Below, piece after piece: positions 12,373 through 25,081 of a stretch of DNA of 41,880 nt. The DNA is from Galeopterus variegatus. Taxonomy: Eukaryota. The notes under the pieces are model-generated. The model was not told where the DNA came from. It searched no databases and worked only from the letters and a program-made list of their open reading frames with translations. Every line of letters begins with the position of its first letter. Position 1 is the stretch's first letter. A program made the position numbers and the translations under genes. Where the stretch lies: the NCBI RefSeq assembly GCF_000696425.1, contig NW_007726576.1, positions 660,522 to 702,401 on the forward strand. The letters run 5' to 3'.

Positions 12373-12504
12373 CTCTCCTACGATGTGCTTCCCGTTGATG
12401 AACGCTTCAAAGCCACACACAGCTGCCTTATCATCCAAAGGAAAGATATATTTTGCCTCAATGGGCACATGATGTTGATTTGTGTATGTCTGAAAAACAA
12501 TTAC
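12373..12504 (-). CDS. PARP4: PARP4 exon (VIT domain), 132 nt, phase 0/0. Translation: VIVFQTYTNQHHVPIEAKYIFPLDDKAAVCGFEAFINGKHIVGE
   Basis: Acceptor ttcttctttag|GTAATTG and donor GGAGAG|gtaagg. The translation matches my memory of human 'VIVFQTYTNKSHVPIEAKYIFPLDDKAAVCGFEAFINGKHIVGE' almost exactly. Confidence 0.9.
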
Positions 12505-13380
12505 CTAAAGAAGAAAAAAATCCATATACTTGAACCACATGGAACCACATTTGCAGGAACAGTGACTAATGAAAATGACCACACATACTCGTTTTAAATT
12601 CCTTGAATTTTTATCAGGGCCCTCAAGTTCCCAATCCTGGCTTCAGGGGTCAGCGCATTCTAGCACAGCAATGCACAGTCCATGTCACATGATAAAATGC
12701 ACTGGCACATATTTAGGTAGTTCATACATGACTGACTGGCATATAAGTCACCTGAAGTCTTACAAACACTGTCTTAACAGGGGCAATACAGCTCTTATTA
12801 CAATGGCTGGAAAAGAGCCCCTTCCATGATGTGGGCTCTGATGCCTCCCTGGTGTTGCGTGGGCTGGAAACTATTCCAGAATACTCCTCCTACCCGATCT
12901 GCTTTCAGGTCTTGCTATTTCCTCATGGGGATGTCTCTCTGGCTTTACTGCTCTCTACCAAGCTCTCCGGTGCCTTTCCTCTTCTAGCTCCACGTCTTCC
13001 TGCTGTGATTCTTCCAGAACCAAATATTTTCCATTCCTACCTGCCATCTGTATTGTTACCAAATTAGTCTTCCTAAATGGACTGTGCTCATCACCTCACA
13101 CCTTTGCTCAGGAAAAGCAGGAGGCTTTAGATATTTGAAAATTAAAAAGAAACACCCTTAGACATATAACAAACAGTAAAATTTAAACATGTGGCAATAA
13201 TAAGGCAAACTATTTAACAATTTGTACTAGTAATCTCTGGGAAGAGAAGAAAATTAAAATTAAAAAAAAAAAAAAAACTAACATTTAAAAATACTGTCCA
13301 CACCTAGACTTACTGTAAGTGGGCTGTCCCCTGTGTGTGAAGGGTACCATTCCAGGCAAAATTGTCCAAGGGGCCCCCCT

Positions 13381-13609
13381 TTTTTTTTTTTCCTTTTTGT
13401 CTTTTTTTACTGACCGGTAATGGGATCACAACCCTTGGTGTCGCGCCCGCACCGGGGACCGGCAACGGGATCGCAACTCTCGGTGTTGTGCCCGCACCAC
13501 GCTCAGCCAGTGAGCGGGAACCGGTCTCCACATGGGATCCGAACCCTCGGCGGGAGCGCCGCCATGCTCCCAAGCAGCGCACTCTCCAGTGCGCCACCAG
13601 GCCGGCCCA
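13381..13609 (-). mobile_element. tRNA-derived SINE, class A
   Basis: Near-identical in structure to the 12013-12238 copy. The TSD is CAAGGG(G)CCCC(C)TTTT, at about 13369-13380 and 13608-13622. Confidence 0.9.
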
Positions 13610-15269
13610 AGGGCCCCTTTTAATATAAACAATTTGAGTCTCCCAAAATCATCAGGTCAGCACCCTCTTGAAGACCCAATCTCTTGCCATCCTGCAAATA
13701 AATGCCTTGCTGGCTGGCAGGAGCGATCCCTGGAACTGGGGTCTGGGCATGGCGCAGGATGACGCCAGAGGTGAGAGCCCAGGAGTTTCTCAGTTATTTG
13801 GGCAACATGGATGCATGGCAGAAGGATGGAGAGTGCCTGACAGGGAAGACACGGGGGCTGGAGGCATGCAGGTGCTGATTGGAGGGGTGTCACACACTGT
13901 CTCCTTGGCTGTGCATGGAACTCCCTCCATTTGTCTCTTGGAGTTTTCTGCAGTTTTAGCAAACCCTTGAGAGCAGCATGTGTGCTTGACCTGGATTTGA
14001 TGAATAGGATGACTATCTAATTGCACTTGGTTTAGGTGCGATTAGATAGTCAGCAGACCTTCTGCACGTGAGCTCCCCAAGGCCAGGCCTGTACCAGCCC
14101 ATTCTCTTCATACATTGTGTGAACAGGCACTCAAAAAGTCAGTCATTTTAGATAATGATGATAAAAGTATTTTTATCAGGACTTAGAACAGAAACTAATA
14201 AACTGTAAAATGTTTGACATCTTAATTTTCTTCCTTTAGATGAAACCACTATGTAACTAAGCTGAAAACATTAAACTCATTCCTAGGAGGATCGAAATGT
14301 GAGTCATGCACATGCCAGAGTCGCGGGTGGGCCTCTGCATGGATACATGAGGCCAATCTACAGGCCAGCTGTCCCATCATAAGTTATTTTTGGGTGACCT
14401 TCCCCAGGGAAGCGGCCTCTTCGGGTCTCTTGAAACAGTGCAAGTTGTGAAATCCGGAGTAAGATGCGGAGGACATATGCCTCTCCTTGTAACATACTCA
14501 TAATTTGTTTTGCAGCTACTACATGTGAAAAGAATGCCCGAGGGCCTTTACATTCGTTACATCTAATAGCCACAACACTGATGGGCAGATAGGATTATTT
14601 CCACTTTACACAGGAGGAAACTGAGGCACAAAGTAGTTAACTAACTTGCCCAAGGTCACGGCGCTAGAAAAGAAGGAGCAAGGATACAAAGCGAGGCCTT
14701 TCCAGCTCCAAGCCTTTGCTTCACAGTCTACGCCAAGCTGCACGACAGTGCAGTGGCTCCGAACCCTGATGCTGGAATTAGAATGATCTGAGTTCAGATT
14801 CCGGCTTCATCGTACTGTTCAGTATCCCTGAGCCTCAGCTTCCTCATCCAAACAACACGCATAATTATTGCACTTACCTCATACAGTTTGGGAAGAACAA
14901 AACACGCATGTGAAAAACTCAACCCAGGGCCTGATTCATAGGAAGTGGTAACCACGGTGGTTATAGCTCCCAAATAGCTCCAAAGGGACTGGCAAGTATA
15001 GAACACTGCCCACAGCCCACATCCACGTCTTCCCATCTGATGTACATCATATCAGGTGGGTATGGATCAGATGGGCCAGGGTGGGGAGGTCAGATAGAGC
15101 CAAACTGCTCTTCCCCACCCCTCCGCACCCGTTTCCCCAGTTTACGGTGATTGCTAAAATGAACCTAATTTCCTTCTAAAGGGATCAGAATATCACAGTA
15201 CTGGACTCAGACATTCTTATTCTCCTAAGAGGTCTTTATATTTGTTTGATGCAATCTTTTTTAAAAAAT

Positions 15270-15600
15270 GTATTTATATTCATTGTGCATTTTTATGGTG
15301 TACAGTTTGTTGTTTCAATACACGCATATATTGTGTGATCCACTCAGAATAATTAGCGTATCTATCACCTAAGCAGTTATCATTTCTTCCTGATTATAAC
15401 ATTCAAGAACTTTTTTTCTGGCTATCTTGAGATATACAATGCTATATTACTAGCTCTTGTCACCCTAGAGCACCAGAATTTATTCTTCCCATTGAACTGT
15501 CACTCTGTAACTTTGTACCTGTTTACCAGCTTCTGCCCATTCCCCCCCCTACCCCCAGCTTCTGAGTCTGGTAACTGGCATCTTACTCGCTCTTTCTTTC
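15270..15600 (-). mobile_element. L1 3'UTR fragment (5'-truncated), antisense
   Basis: Reverse complement resembles the L1 3'UTR region ('...tttatggtgtacagtttgttgtttcaatacacgcatat...ccccagcttctgagtctggtaac...'). A second, similar 3'UTR copy follows at 15730-16190 in the large L1. Confidence 0.55.
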
Positions 15601-15614
15601 CTTTTCTTTTTTTC

Positions 15615-15724
15615 TAATTTTTATTTATTTATTTATTTATTTAAAAGATGACCAGTAAAGGGATCTTAACCCTTGACTTGGTGTTGTCAGCACCACGCTC
15701 TCCCAAGTGAGCCACGGGCTGGCC
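15615..15724 (-). mobile_element. tRNA-derived SINE, class B short variant (~85 bp core plus (ATTT)n tail), inserted in the T-rich tail region of the adjacent L1
   Basis: Reverse complement reads GGGCCAGCCCGTGGCTCACTTGGGAGAGCGTGGTGCTGACAACACCAAGTCAAGGGTTAAGATCCCTTTACTGGTCATCTTTTAA. It lacks the ~70 bp between the two internal GGTGCTGA(T/C)AACACCAAG repeats. The same breakpoints recur in the 26007-26114 copy. Confidence 0.75.
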
Positions 15725-18700
15725 CTTCTTTTTTATTCTTTCTTAATTGACCCATGAAAATTGTATATATTTATGGAGTACAGTGTGATATTTAGGTACA
15801 TTTATACAGTGTGCAATGATTATATCAGGGGAGTTAGCATATCTATCTCCTCAAGCATCTGGCATCTCTTTGTGTTGGAAACATTCAGAATCACCTCAAT
15901 TAACCACTTGAAGTGATACAGTAATTTGTCATTGACTGTAGTCTCCCTATATTGCTATAGAACAGTAGATCTTGTGTTTCCCATCTCTCTACTGCTTTGT
16001 TTCTGTTGACTACCTTCTTCCTACACCGCCCCCGGCACCAGTCTCTAGTAACCACTATTCTACTCTCTACTTCCGTGAGATCAATTTTTTCAGCTTTCAC
16101 ATGAGTGAGAACATTCATTATTTCTCTTTCTGTGCCTGGCTTATTTCATGTACAATAATTTTCTCCAAGCTCATCCATGCTGCTGCAAATGGCAGAATTT
16201 CATTCTTTTTTTATGGCTGAGTAGTATTCCATTGTGTATATATACCACATTTTCTTTATCCAGTCATCCATTGATGGACATTTAGGTTAGTTCTGAATCT
16301 TGGCTACTGTAAAGAGAGCCGAGATAAACATGGGAGTGCAGGTATCCTTTTGACTTGTTGATTTCCTTTCCTTTGTATATATACCTATGGCTGGATCGTA
16401 TCTGTGGTTGAGAAACCTCCGTACTGTTTTTGATAATGGCTGTGCTAATTTACATTCCCACCAACAATGTATAAAAGTTCCCCTTTCTCCACATCCTTGT
16501 CAGCATTTGTTACTTTCTGTCTTTTTGATAATAGTCATTCTAAGTGGGGTAAAATGATAGCTTATTGTGGTTTTGGTTTGCACTTTTCTGGTAATTAGTG
16601 ACGTTGAGCACTTTTCCACATACCTATTGACCATTCACATGTCTTCTTTCAAGAAATGTCTATTCAGTTCCCTTGCACATTTTTAATCAAAAAAAAATTT
16701 TTTTTTACTATTGGGCTGTTTGAATTCCTCGTATATTCTGGATATGAATCCCTTTCATAGTTTGCAAATATTTTCTCCCATTCTGCAGGTTGTGTCTCCA
16801 CTTTGTTGATTTTTTCCTTTGCTGTGCAGAAGTTTTAGTTTGATATAATCCCATTTCTTTATTTTTGCTTCTGTTGCCTGTGCTTTGGGGGTCTTGTTCA
16901 TAAAGTTTTTGCCTAGTCCTATGTCTTGAAGCATTTCCCCTATGTTTTCTTCTACAAGTTTTATATTTTTGTGTCTAACATTTAAGTCTTTAATCCATTT
17001 TGAGTTGACTTTGGTATATGGTGAGAGACAGGTGTCCAGTTTCATTCTTCTGCATATGGATCTCCAGTTTTCCCAGCACCATTTATTAAAGAGACTGTCC
17101 TTTCCCCAATGTATGTTCTTCGCTCTTTTGTCAAAATTCAATTGGCTGTAGGTACATGGAATTATTTCTGGAGTCTATATTCTGTTCCACTGGTCTATGT
17201 GTGTGTTTTTGTGCCAATACCATGCTGTTTTGACTATTATAGATTTGTAGTGTAACTTGAAGTCAGGGAGTATGATGCCTCCTGCTTTGTTCTTTTTGCT
17301 CAAGATTGCTTTGGTTATTTGGGGTCTTTTGTTGTTCCATGTAAATTTTTGGATTGTTTTTTTCTATTTCAGTGAAGCATGTCATTGGTAGTTTGATGGG
17401 GATTGCACTGAATCTGTAGATTGCTTTGGGTAGTATGGCCATTTTGACAATATTGATTCTTCCAATCCATGAACATGGGATGTCTTCCCATCTTTTGTGT
17501 GTCTTCTTTAATTTCTTTAATCAGTGTTTTACATTTTTCCTCGCAGGAATCTTTCACTTCCTTGGTTAAATTTATTCCTAGGTATTTTATTCCATTTTTT
17601 TGTTGCTATTGTAAATGGGATTGTTGTCTTGATTTCTTTTCCTGATAGTTTGTTGTTGATGTGTAGAAATGCTACTGATTTTTGTATGTTGGTTTTATAT
17701 CCTGCCACTGTACTGAATTTATTCATCAGGTCTAGGAGTTTTTAGGTTTCTCTCTATATAAAATCATATCATCTGCAAACAGGGACAATTTGACTTCCTC
17801 CTTTGCAATTTGGATGCACTTTGTTGCTTTCTCTTGCCTAATTGCTCTGGCTAAGACTTCCAGTACTATGTTTAGTAAAAGTGATGAGAATGGGCATCCT
17901 TGTCTTGTTCCAGTTCTTAAAAAAAAACAAAAAAACAAAAAAACTTTCAGCTTTTCCCTGTTAGCTGTGGGTTTGTCATATATGGCCTTTATTATATGTA
18001 CATACCTTCTATACCTAATTTGTTGAGAGTGTTTGTCATTAAGTGATGTGGAATTTTATTGAATGCTTTTTCTGCATCTATCAGGCTGATCATATGGTTT
18101 TTCTCTTTCATTCTATTGATGTGATGTATTACGCTTACTGATTTTCATATGTTGAATTATCCTTGCACCCCAGGGATAAATCCCACTTGAGCATGGTGTA
18201 TAATCTTTTCGATGTGCTGTTGGATACGTTTTGCTAGTATTTTGTTGAGGATTTTTACATCTATGTTCATTAGGGATGTTGGCCTGTAGTTTTCTTTTTG
18301 TTCTTTGTTGTGTCCTTACATGGTTTTGTTAAAAAGGTAATGCTGGCCTCATAGTATGAGTGTGGAAGGATTCCATCCACTTCAATTTTTTGAAATAGTT
18401 TAAGAAGTATTGGTATTTTGGTATTACTTCTTTAAATGTTTGGTAGAATTCAGCAGTAAAGCTGTCCAATCCTGGGCTTTTCCTTGTTGGGAGACTTTTT
18501 ATTGCTGATTGAATCTCGTTACTCATTATTAGTCTGTTCAGGCTTTCTATTTCTATTGGGTCAGTGTTGGCAGGTCATATGTGTCCAGGATTTTTTCCAT
18601 TTCCTCTACATTTTCTAATTTATTGCTTATAGTCATAATTGTCTCAGATGATCCTTTGAATTTCAGTGGTATCAGCTGTAATGTCTCCTTTTGCATTTAT

Positions 18701-21470
18701 GATATTATTTATTTGGGTCTTTTATCTTTTTTTCTTGGTTAGTATAGCTAATGGTTTGTCAATTTTGTTTATCTTCTCAAAAGAACCAACTTGTTGTTTG
18801 ATCTTTTGTATTGTATTTTTAGTCTCAATTTCATTTATTTCTGCTCTGAGTTTTATTATTTATTTCTACTTATTTTGGACTTGGTTGGTTCTCTCTTTGC
18901 TAGGTTGTTTATTTGAACTCATTCTATTTTTTGATGTAGGCACTTGTTGCTATAAACTTTCCTCTTAATAGTGCCTTGGCTGTGTCCCGTAGGTTTTGGT
19001 ATCTTTTGTTTCTGTCTTCACTTATTCAAGAAATGTTTTGATTTCCTTCTTAATCTCTTCTATGACCCACTGGTCCTTCAAGAGCATGTCATTTAATTTC
19101 CATGTATTTGTGCATTTTTGAAAGCTCCTCTTGTTATTAAGATCTAGATCTATTCCATTATGGTCAGAAAACATACTTGATATGATTTTGAACTTGTTGA
19201 GACTTATTTTGCGGCCCACAATATGGTCAATTCTGGAAAATGTTCCATGTGCAGATGAAAAGAGTATGTATTCTGCAGCTATTGGATGAAATGCTCTGCA
19301 AATATCTGTTAGGTCCAGCTGGTGTATGGTGCCCTTTAAGTCCAATGTTTTGTTGTTGATTTTCTGTCTCGATGATTTGTCTAACACTGAGATTGGGATG
19401 TTATTGTCCCCAACTATTACTGTGTTAGTGTCTATCTCTCCATTTACATCTGATAATATTTATTTTATATACCTGGGTGCTCCACTGTTAGGTGCATATA
19501 TATTTGTTTTTTGGGGTTTTTTTTTGATGGCTAGCCATGGTGCGTAAATTTTTATAATTGTTATATCCTCTTGCTGTATTGATCTCTTTATCATTCTATA
19601 ATGCCCTTCCTTTCTCTTAGTACAGATTTTGATTTAAAGTCTGTTTTATCTGAGATAAGTATAGCTACTTCTGCTTGCTTTTGTTTTCCATTTGCATGGA
19701 ATACCTCATTCCATTCCTTGACTTTCAGTCTATGTGTGTTTTTGTAAGTAGGGTATGTTTCTTATTGGCAGTATATGGATGGGTCATGTTTTTTTTCTTT
19801 TTTAATCTATTAGGCCAGTCTATGTCTTTTAATTAGGGCATTTAATCCATTTACATTCAAGGTTATCATTGATATGTGAAGTCTTGCTCCTGACATTTTG
19901 TTGGTGACTGTTTTGTATTCTTTGTTCCTTTCTTTCTCTTTTATTGTTTATCCTTGTGGTTTGATATTTTCCTGTATTGATAAGGTTTGATTCCTTCATC
20001 TTTCTAATTTGTGTATCTACTCTACTAGTAATTTTATATTTTCAGGTGTTTTCATGATGTTTGCTGTACTTTCTCTTCTAGATGGAGCCCCCTAATCATT
20101 TTTTTTTTGTGGGGCTGGTCTGGTGGTGATGAATTCCCTGAATTTTTTCTTCTCTTAGAAAGACTATTTCTCCTTCATTTTGGAAGGATAGCATTGCTGG
20201 ATATAATATTCTTGGCTGGCAGTTTTTTTTTTTTCAGTACTTTGAATATACCATCCCATTCTCTCCTAGCCTGTAGGGTTTCAGCTGAGAAGTCTGCTGT
20301 TAGTCTAATGATAATTTCCTTATAAGTGACTTGATGTTTTTCTCTTGCTGTTTTTAGAATTCTCTCTTTGTCTTTAACTTTGGATAGTTTGACTACAATG
20401 TGGCTTGGAGTGGGCCCTTTTGGGTTGAATTTATTTGAGGACCTCTGAGCTTCCAGTATTTGGAAATTCATATATTTCCTAAGACTGGGGAAGTTTTCAG
20501 CTATTATTTCATTAAATAGGTTTTCAGTATCTTTTTCGTTTTCTTCTCTTTCTGGAATGCCCATAATTAGAATATTTCCTCACTTATAACATAGATCCTA
20601 TAGGCTTTGTTCGTTCTTTTTTTTTGTCTTCCTGTGTTATTTCAAAACTGCTATCTTCCAGATCAGAAATTCTTTCTTCTGCTTAATCTAGTCTGTTGTT
20701 GAGACTCTCAGATGTTATTTTTTATTTTGTTCAATGAATTCTTTAATTCCAAGATTTGATTTTTTAAATGATATTTATCTCTGTTGAATTTCTCATTCAG
20801 ATCAAGAATTATTTTTCATGATTTTGTTGAATTGTTTGTTTATATACTCTTGTATCTCAGTGAGTTTCCTTAAGATTATTAATTTGAATTCCTTTTCTGG
20901 TAAAACAGCAATTTCTGACTCTTTGGGATCAGTTACTGAAGTATTATTGCGTTTCTTTGATTGTGTCATGTTACCTTGTTTTTTTCATATTTCTTGTTAC
21001 CCTGCATTGATATCTGTGCATCTGGTAGAACACTCCCCTCTTTGAGTTTTGTAGAGTGGCTTGTGTGGGGAAAGACTTTCACCTGCAAGTGTATTCTAGG
21101 GTGTTGATCAGCAGCTGGTCTGCCAAGGGTCAGGCTACTGAGCCACTTCTTGGATAGTGGGCAAGGTCTCTAGGCAGGCCTGCAGAGGGAGCTCAGCCAG
21201 CCACTTCTCAGGTGGTGGGCAAGGCTGAATGTGGGGCTGCAGAGAGCAGGTCTGGCCAATAGCTTTTTGGGTAGTGGATGAGGCTGCTAGGTAGGCCTGC
21301 AGAGAGGGGGCCCAGGCAGCTACTTCTCAGAGGGTGGGTGAGGCCATGAGGTGGGGCTTCAGAGAGGGTTTGTCCAGCCAGCAGCTTCACGGGTGGTGGG
21401 TGAGGCCGCTGGGTGGAACTGCTGAGGATGAACTGCCTGGCTGCTTCTCTGGAAAGGCGCAGCAGTTTGA
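15725..21470 (-). mobile_element. LINE-1, near full-length (~5.7 kb), inactive: 3'UTR, ORF2 (EN/RT/C-term), ORF1, 5'UTR with monomer array
   Basis: Minus-strand ORF fragments in L1 order from high to low coordinates. ORF1 C-terminal domain at 20175-20564 (PSLRKYMNFQILEAQRS...KERILKTAREKHQVTYK). Endonuclease at 19022-19387. RT motifs at 18329-18526 and 17732-17938 ([26 protein letters not shown]...[11 protein letters not shown]). ORF2 C-terminus at 16755-17141. All are interrupted by stops and frameshifts. Confidence 0.85.
21111..21440. repeat. Tandem ~60-bp monomers (about 5 copies), putative L1 5'UTR promoter monomer array
   Basis: Repeating '(g)gcctgcagag(a/g)g(a/c)gctcagccagccacttctcaggtggtgggcaaggc...' with a period of about 58-62 bp, directly 5' of the minus-strand L1. 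This is analogous to murine L1 A/Tf monomers. Confidence 0.6.
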
Positions 21471-21929
21471 TGCAATCTTTAGTGTTAGGAGTCAATGATG
21501 AGGTCGAACTTTAGAAAACCAATTCAGTTTTGGAAAATCAAAAACTTTCCAAGCTCCACCACCACATCTGGCTGCCTACCTGCATGTGCACCCCTGAATT
21601 CTACCTTCTGTCCCAGGACCTTGGATGAACGAGCTGCGGGCTCCTGGCTGCAGTCACAGCACCAGAGCACTACAGCTCACCGTCCTGTCTACAGTAGGAC
21701 ACAGCTCCAGTTACTCCCCACTCTCCTGGATCATCAGTTTTTCTCTCCCACACCAGCTTACACATATTATTCTTACATCTTAAAAGAAAAAAGAAAAAAA
21801 CTCAGCCTCACTTCTCTTCAGCTACTGTCCCACTTTCTCTCTTCTGTCTCCCAATTCTTTCCTCCCATTCTCTCTCTAACTCACTCTAACCAGGCTTTCG
21901 CCCTCACCTCTCCATTAAAAAGATGATGG

Positions 21930-23640
21930 TCAAGGTCACTGGTGATCTGGTCATTGCTAAATTCAATGACCAGGTCTCAGTTTTTATTTTACTGCATCTA
22001 TCAGCAGCTGTTTTTACTCCTTCTTCTTCACCTTTCAGAGCACCTGGTTTCCTTCGTGCATCTCAATGGCTGCTCCCCTCAGTCTCCCTGGCAGATTCAG
22101 CCTCATCCCCCTGGATGGTCTTCATCCCCCTCTACGTTGATCTTCTCTTCTCTCTCTACACTAATTCTCTTGATGATTTAATATGCGCTCATAATTTTAA
22201 ATGGTATCTGAATGCTGTTGATTCCCCATTCATAAACCCAGCCTGGGTCTCTTCCCTGAACTTAGATTCATATGTCTAACTGCCTCCCTGGCCTTCCATC
22301 CATGTCCAATGTGGACATCTTACCTTAATGTCGCCACAGAGGAACTCCTGACTGTCCCCCCAACGCAGCCTCCCATCCCCTTCCCCATTTCAGTGAGTGC
22401 AAAAGCGGTCCTTCTAGTTGCTCAGGGTAAGAACCTTGGAGTCACCCATGATTGCTGTCTTTTTCTTATGTTCCCTCCCAAGCAGCAAATTATACTGGTT
22501 CTACCTTCGTTCCTTTGCCCAAATCCATCATTCCCTACATCCCCACTGCTAACACTAAGGCCCACTGCCATCACCCTTAACTGAAATCCTTGGCAATCTC
22601 CTATGCTTGGTGCTGTGGAGTGCCTCCACAGGTCCCCTTCACGACCGAAGCTGCTGGGAGTGTCACCGTTTCTGAGTCCCTCCCTGGAAACCGTCCTCAG
22701 CCAAGGTTGTGATCCCTCCCTGGGGGCATCCCATATCCAGTGGTTGGTCTCTGTGGGGGTACAAAGCCTGGTCTCCTTGACTTGATTTAGAGCACTTCTG
22801 ATGGCTACCCCAGCTCAGCACTCCTTCTGAGATCGTCTGAGGACTCTGCTGTGTCCACCTCACAGCTCAATGATTCCCTCTGCCAGGTCCTGCCTCCCTC
22901 ACTCCCTTACAGGTGTTGTTCCCAAGGGGACTTCCCAACAAGCTTCCTGAAAACAAATTTCCATCTAGAGTCTGTTTTCCAGGGAACTTAACGTATTATG
23001 TCTCCTCACTGGTCCTCTTCAGACTGTTCTCAACAGGTGGCCATCCTGTTAAAACACAGGTCTAATTGTATTGCTCCTCTGCTAAACATCTAGAGGCTTC
23101 TGTGTCACCCAGAGTTAAGGACAGCATGTCCTGTGTCCTGATGTGAGCCTCCCCACAACTTCTCAACCCAGTCTCCTCCCACTCTCCCCCTTTGCAATCT
23201 GCCCAGCTACAGTGGCCTCCTTGATGTATATGAGGTTCCCACCTCAGGGCCTTTACATGTGCTTTTTCTCTGCCAGGAATAAGCATCCCCCAGATGTCCA
23301 CACAGTTAGTCCCTTACTTCCTCAGGTCTGTACTAGGTGTCGCCTTCTCAGTGAGGCTTTCCTTGGCCATCCTGTCTACAGGTTCAAACTCCTCTTCCTG
23401 TGCAGCTCCTGTCCCCTCCTACTTTGATTTTTCTATCACCATCTAACATTATGTACTTTACTCATTTATCATGTTTGTTGCCTATTCCCCCAATACAACA
23501 TAGGCTCCATAAGAACAGAGCTTTTGAATTGTCATTGCTGGATGCCCGGAACCCAGAACAGTCCCTGGCATGGATGTGGTGCTCAATAAATATGTGTTGA
23601 ATAAATGAATTTTAGAAATGTACAAGTTTTGTTAGTTCTT
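21930..23640 (+). mobile_element. Ancient LINE-2 (L2) 3' fragment ending in a MIR-like tail
   Basis: Segments resemble L2 ORF2-end and 3'UTR consensus ('...cccatttcagtgagtgcaaaagcggtccttctagttgctcagggtaagaaccttggagtcacccatgattgc...', '...tcagtgaggctttccttggccatcctgtctacag...cccagaacagtccctggcatggatgtggtgctcaataaatatgtgttgaataaatgaat'). Confidence 0.45.
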
Positions 23641-23713
23641 GCAACTGCAATCAAATTCTCATTTATTATTTACATCTGTTTAGTTTAAGCATTGTAAAAC
23701 AACAAAAACATAC

Positions 23714-23838
23714 CTGGGCTACAAAGTCTATTATTTCTCCCTTGATGTGAACATCCTCAAGAGGAACCAAATTCCCAGAGGTATCCTGAAGGCCGGACTT
23801 GATGCTGCTGGAAGGCTTGGTGTCTGGTAACTGGTAAT
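23714..23838 (-). CDS. PARP4: PARP4 exon, 125 nt, phase 1/0. Translation: (D)YQLPDTKPSSSIKSGLQDTSGNLVPLEDVHIKGEIIDFVAQ
   Basis: Acceptor cgtgtag|ATTACCAG and donor GCCCAG|gtatgt. The first codon is completed by G from the upstream exon (G+AT = D). It matches my memory of human 'DYQLPDAKTSSSTKAGLQDASGNLVPLEDVHIKGRIIDTVAQ'. Confidence 0.85.
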
Positions 23839-25081
23839 CTACACGTTGAAAATGGTAACGTTAGCTTTTAAAGCCATCCCTGCACTATTTTTAACTTGAT
23901 CTTTATTCCTTCTCCATCCCTTCATATACTACATTTTAGAAAAAAATGGACAAATAGCATTTTATGATTTTCAATAGCCAATTCTGAAAAGTAAGTGAAT
24001 CCACATGAGAAAAATGGGGGGAGCATTCTCAGATACTTCTGCCTTTTTAATCTAGAGGCTTTGAGGTGTCATCTTGAGAACCTAGAATCATGTTATTACT
24101 TGAAAGACATACACACAAATACACAGAGGTCTTAAAATTATCTCAAAAGTGTAGCTAAATCATGAGTCCAGCTTCCTGCATTCCCTGGCTTGTGATGTTG
24201 GTCAGTCTATTATTTATTGTGCCACAAAGGCATTTTGGAACAATATGAAACTAGTCTAAGAAAAACAAAATCAAACTCCTACTACAGCATATTGAGAAAT
24301 GTTCACTTCCTCTATTAAGTGGTACAAAAAACTAAATATGGTTAGAAATAAAAATATATACTGTCTTGCCAGATATTTCATTTAATGACTCCCAGAGAAA
24401 AAAATGGAATTATCTCCTTAAACATACATGAACTCATATAGTTCTGATAAAAATAATTAGATCACAGTGAAAAATGTTAATGTGTCTTTACAGTCCTATT
24501 AATTAATGATATCGTAGTTGGAAGCTCCCATCCTCACGTGCACTTGTACTTACTACTACAAATACACAAGACACACATTACAGTTCCAGAGAACCTTCAC
24601 TTTTCTCATTTAATCCTATAGCAACACTGTGACACAGACATTGCTCTCATTCCCGTCTGGGAGAAGGTGAAATTCAGGAAGGTTATAAGCGTTGTCCGAG
24701 ATTACACAGCCTCAGCAGCAAGGTTGATGCTCAAACCTGAGCTTCCTGACTCTAAAGCTGTGTCTTCTTTCTACTCTACCCATGCCCTTAGTACTTTTTG
24801 CATTCTGATGTCTTAAAATGGTTCCACGTTTTTTAGTATTGGCTGTCCCCGAGCACAAGCTCAACTTAGGTATGTTAATGAAGTAACATGGAATTTTGAG
24901 ATTACTTAAAAACCAGGACACTTGAAAAAGGTTATGTATGCAAAATAAAAAAGAAAATGAAATATTTATGTCTGAGGTCATAGATACAGATACCAAATAT
25001 GAATATAAATTCCACTGAAAATAGAACTTTGAATTCTATAAATATTACTACACAAAACAGAATTCAAGAAAATTGTCTTAC

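Noticed and set aside
12028-12597. Long ORFs of 110-190 aa such as 12028-12597 (+), 32803-33294 (+), 6454-6900 (-), 36684-37145 (-) and 13310-13597 (-), all with a recurring 'MAHWRVRRLGVWRRSRRGFGSHVETG…' style peptide.
   Set aside because: All are straight translations through GC-rich SINE copies. The same peptide recurs at every SINE in either orientation. There is no codon periodicity independent of the repeat and no splice or promoter context.
14358-14573. A minus-strand ORF (…QIMSMLQGEAYVLRILL…) in unique sequence, considered as a PARP4 VIT exon.
   Set aside because: It does not align to the expected VIT sequence. That exon was found instead at 11257-11343, and exon order leaves no room for an extra coding exon here.
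15240-21470. Many moderate ORFs, including ones with RT, endonuclease and RNA-binding motifs, that could be taken for host genes.
   Set aside because: They are collinear pieces of a single antisense L1 (ORF1, EN, RT, C-terminus in the correct order), each interrupted by stops or frameshifts. This is a decayed retrotransposon, not a set of cellular genes.
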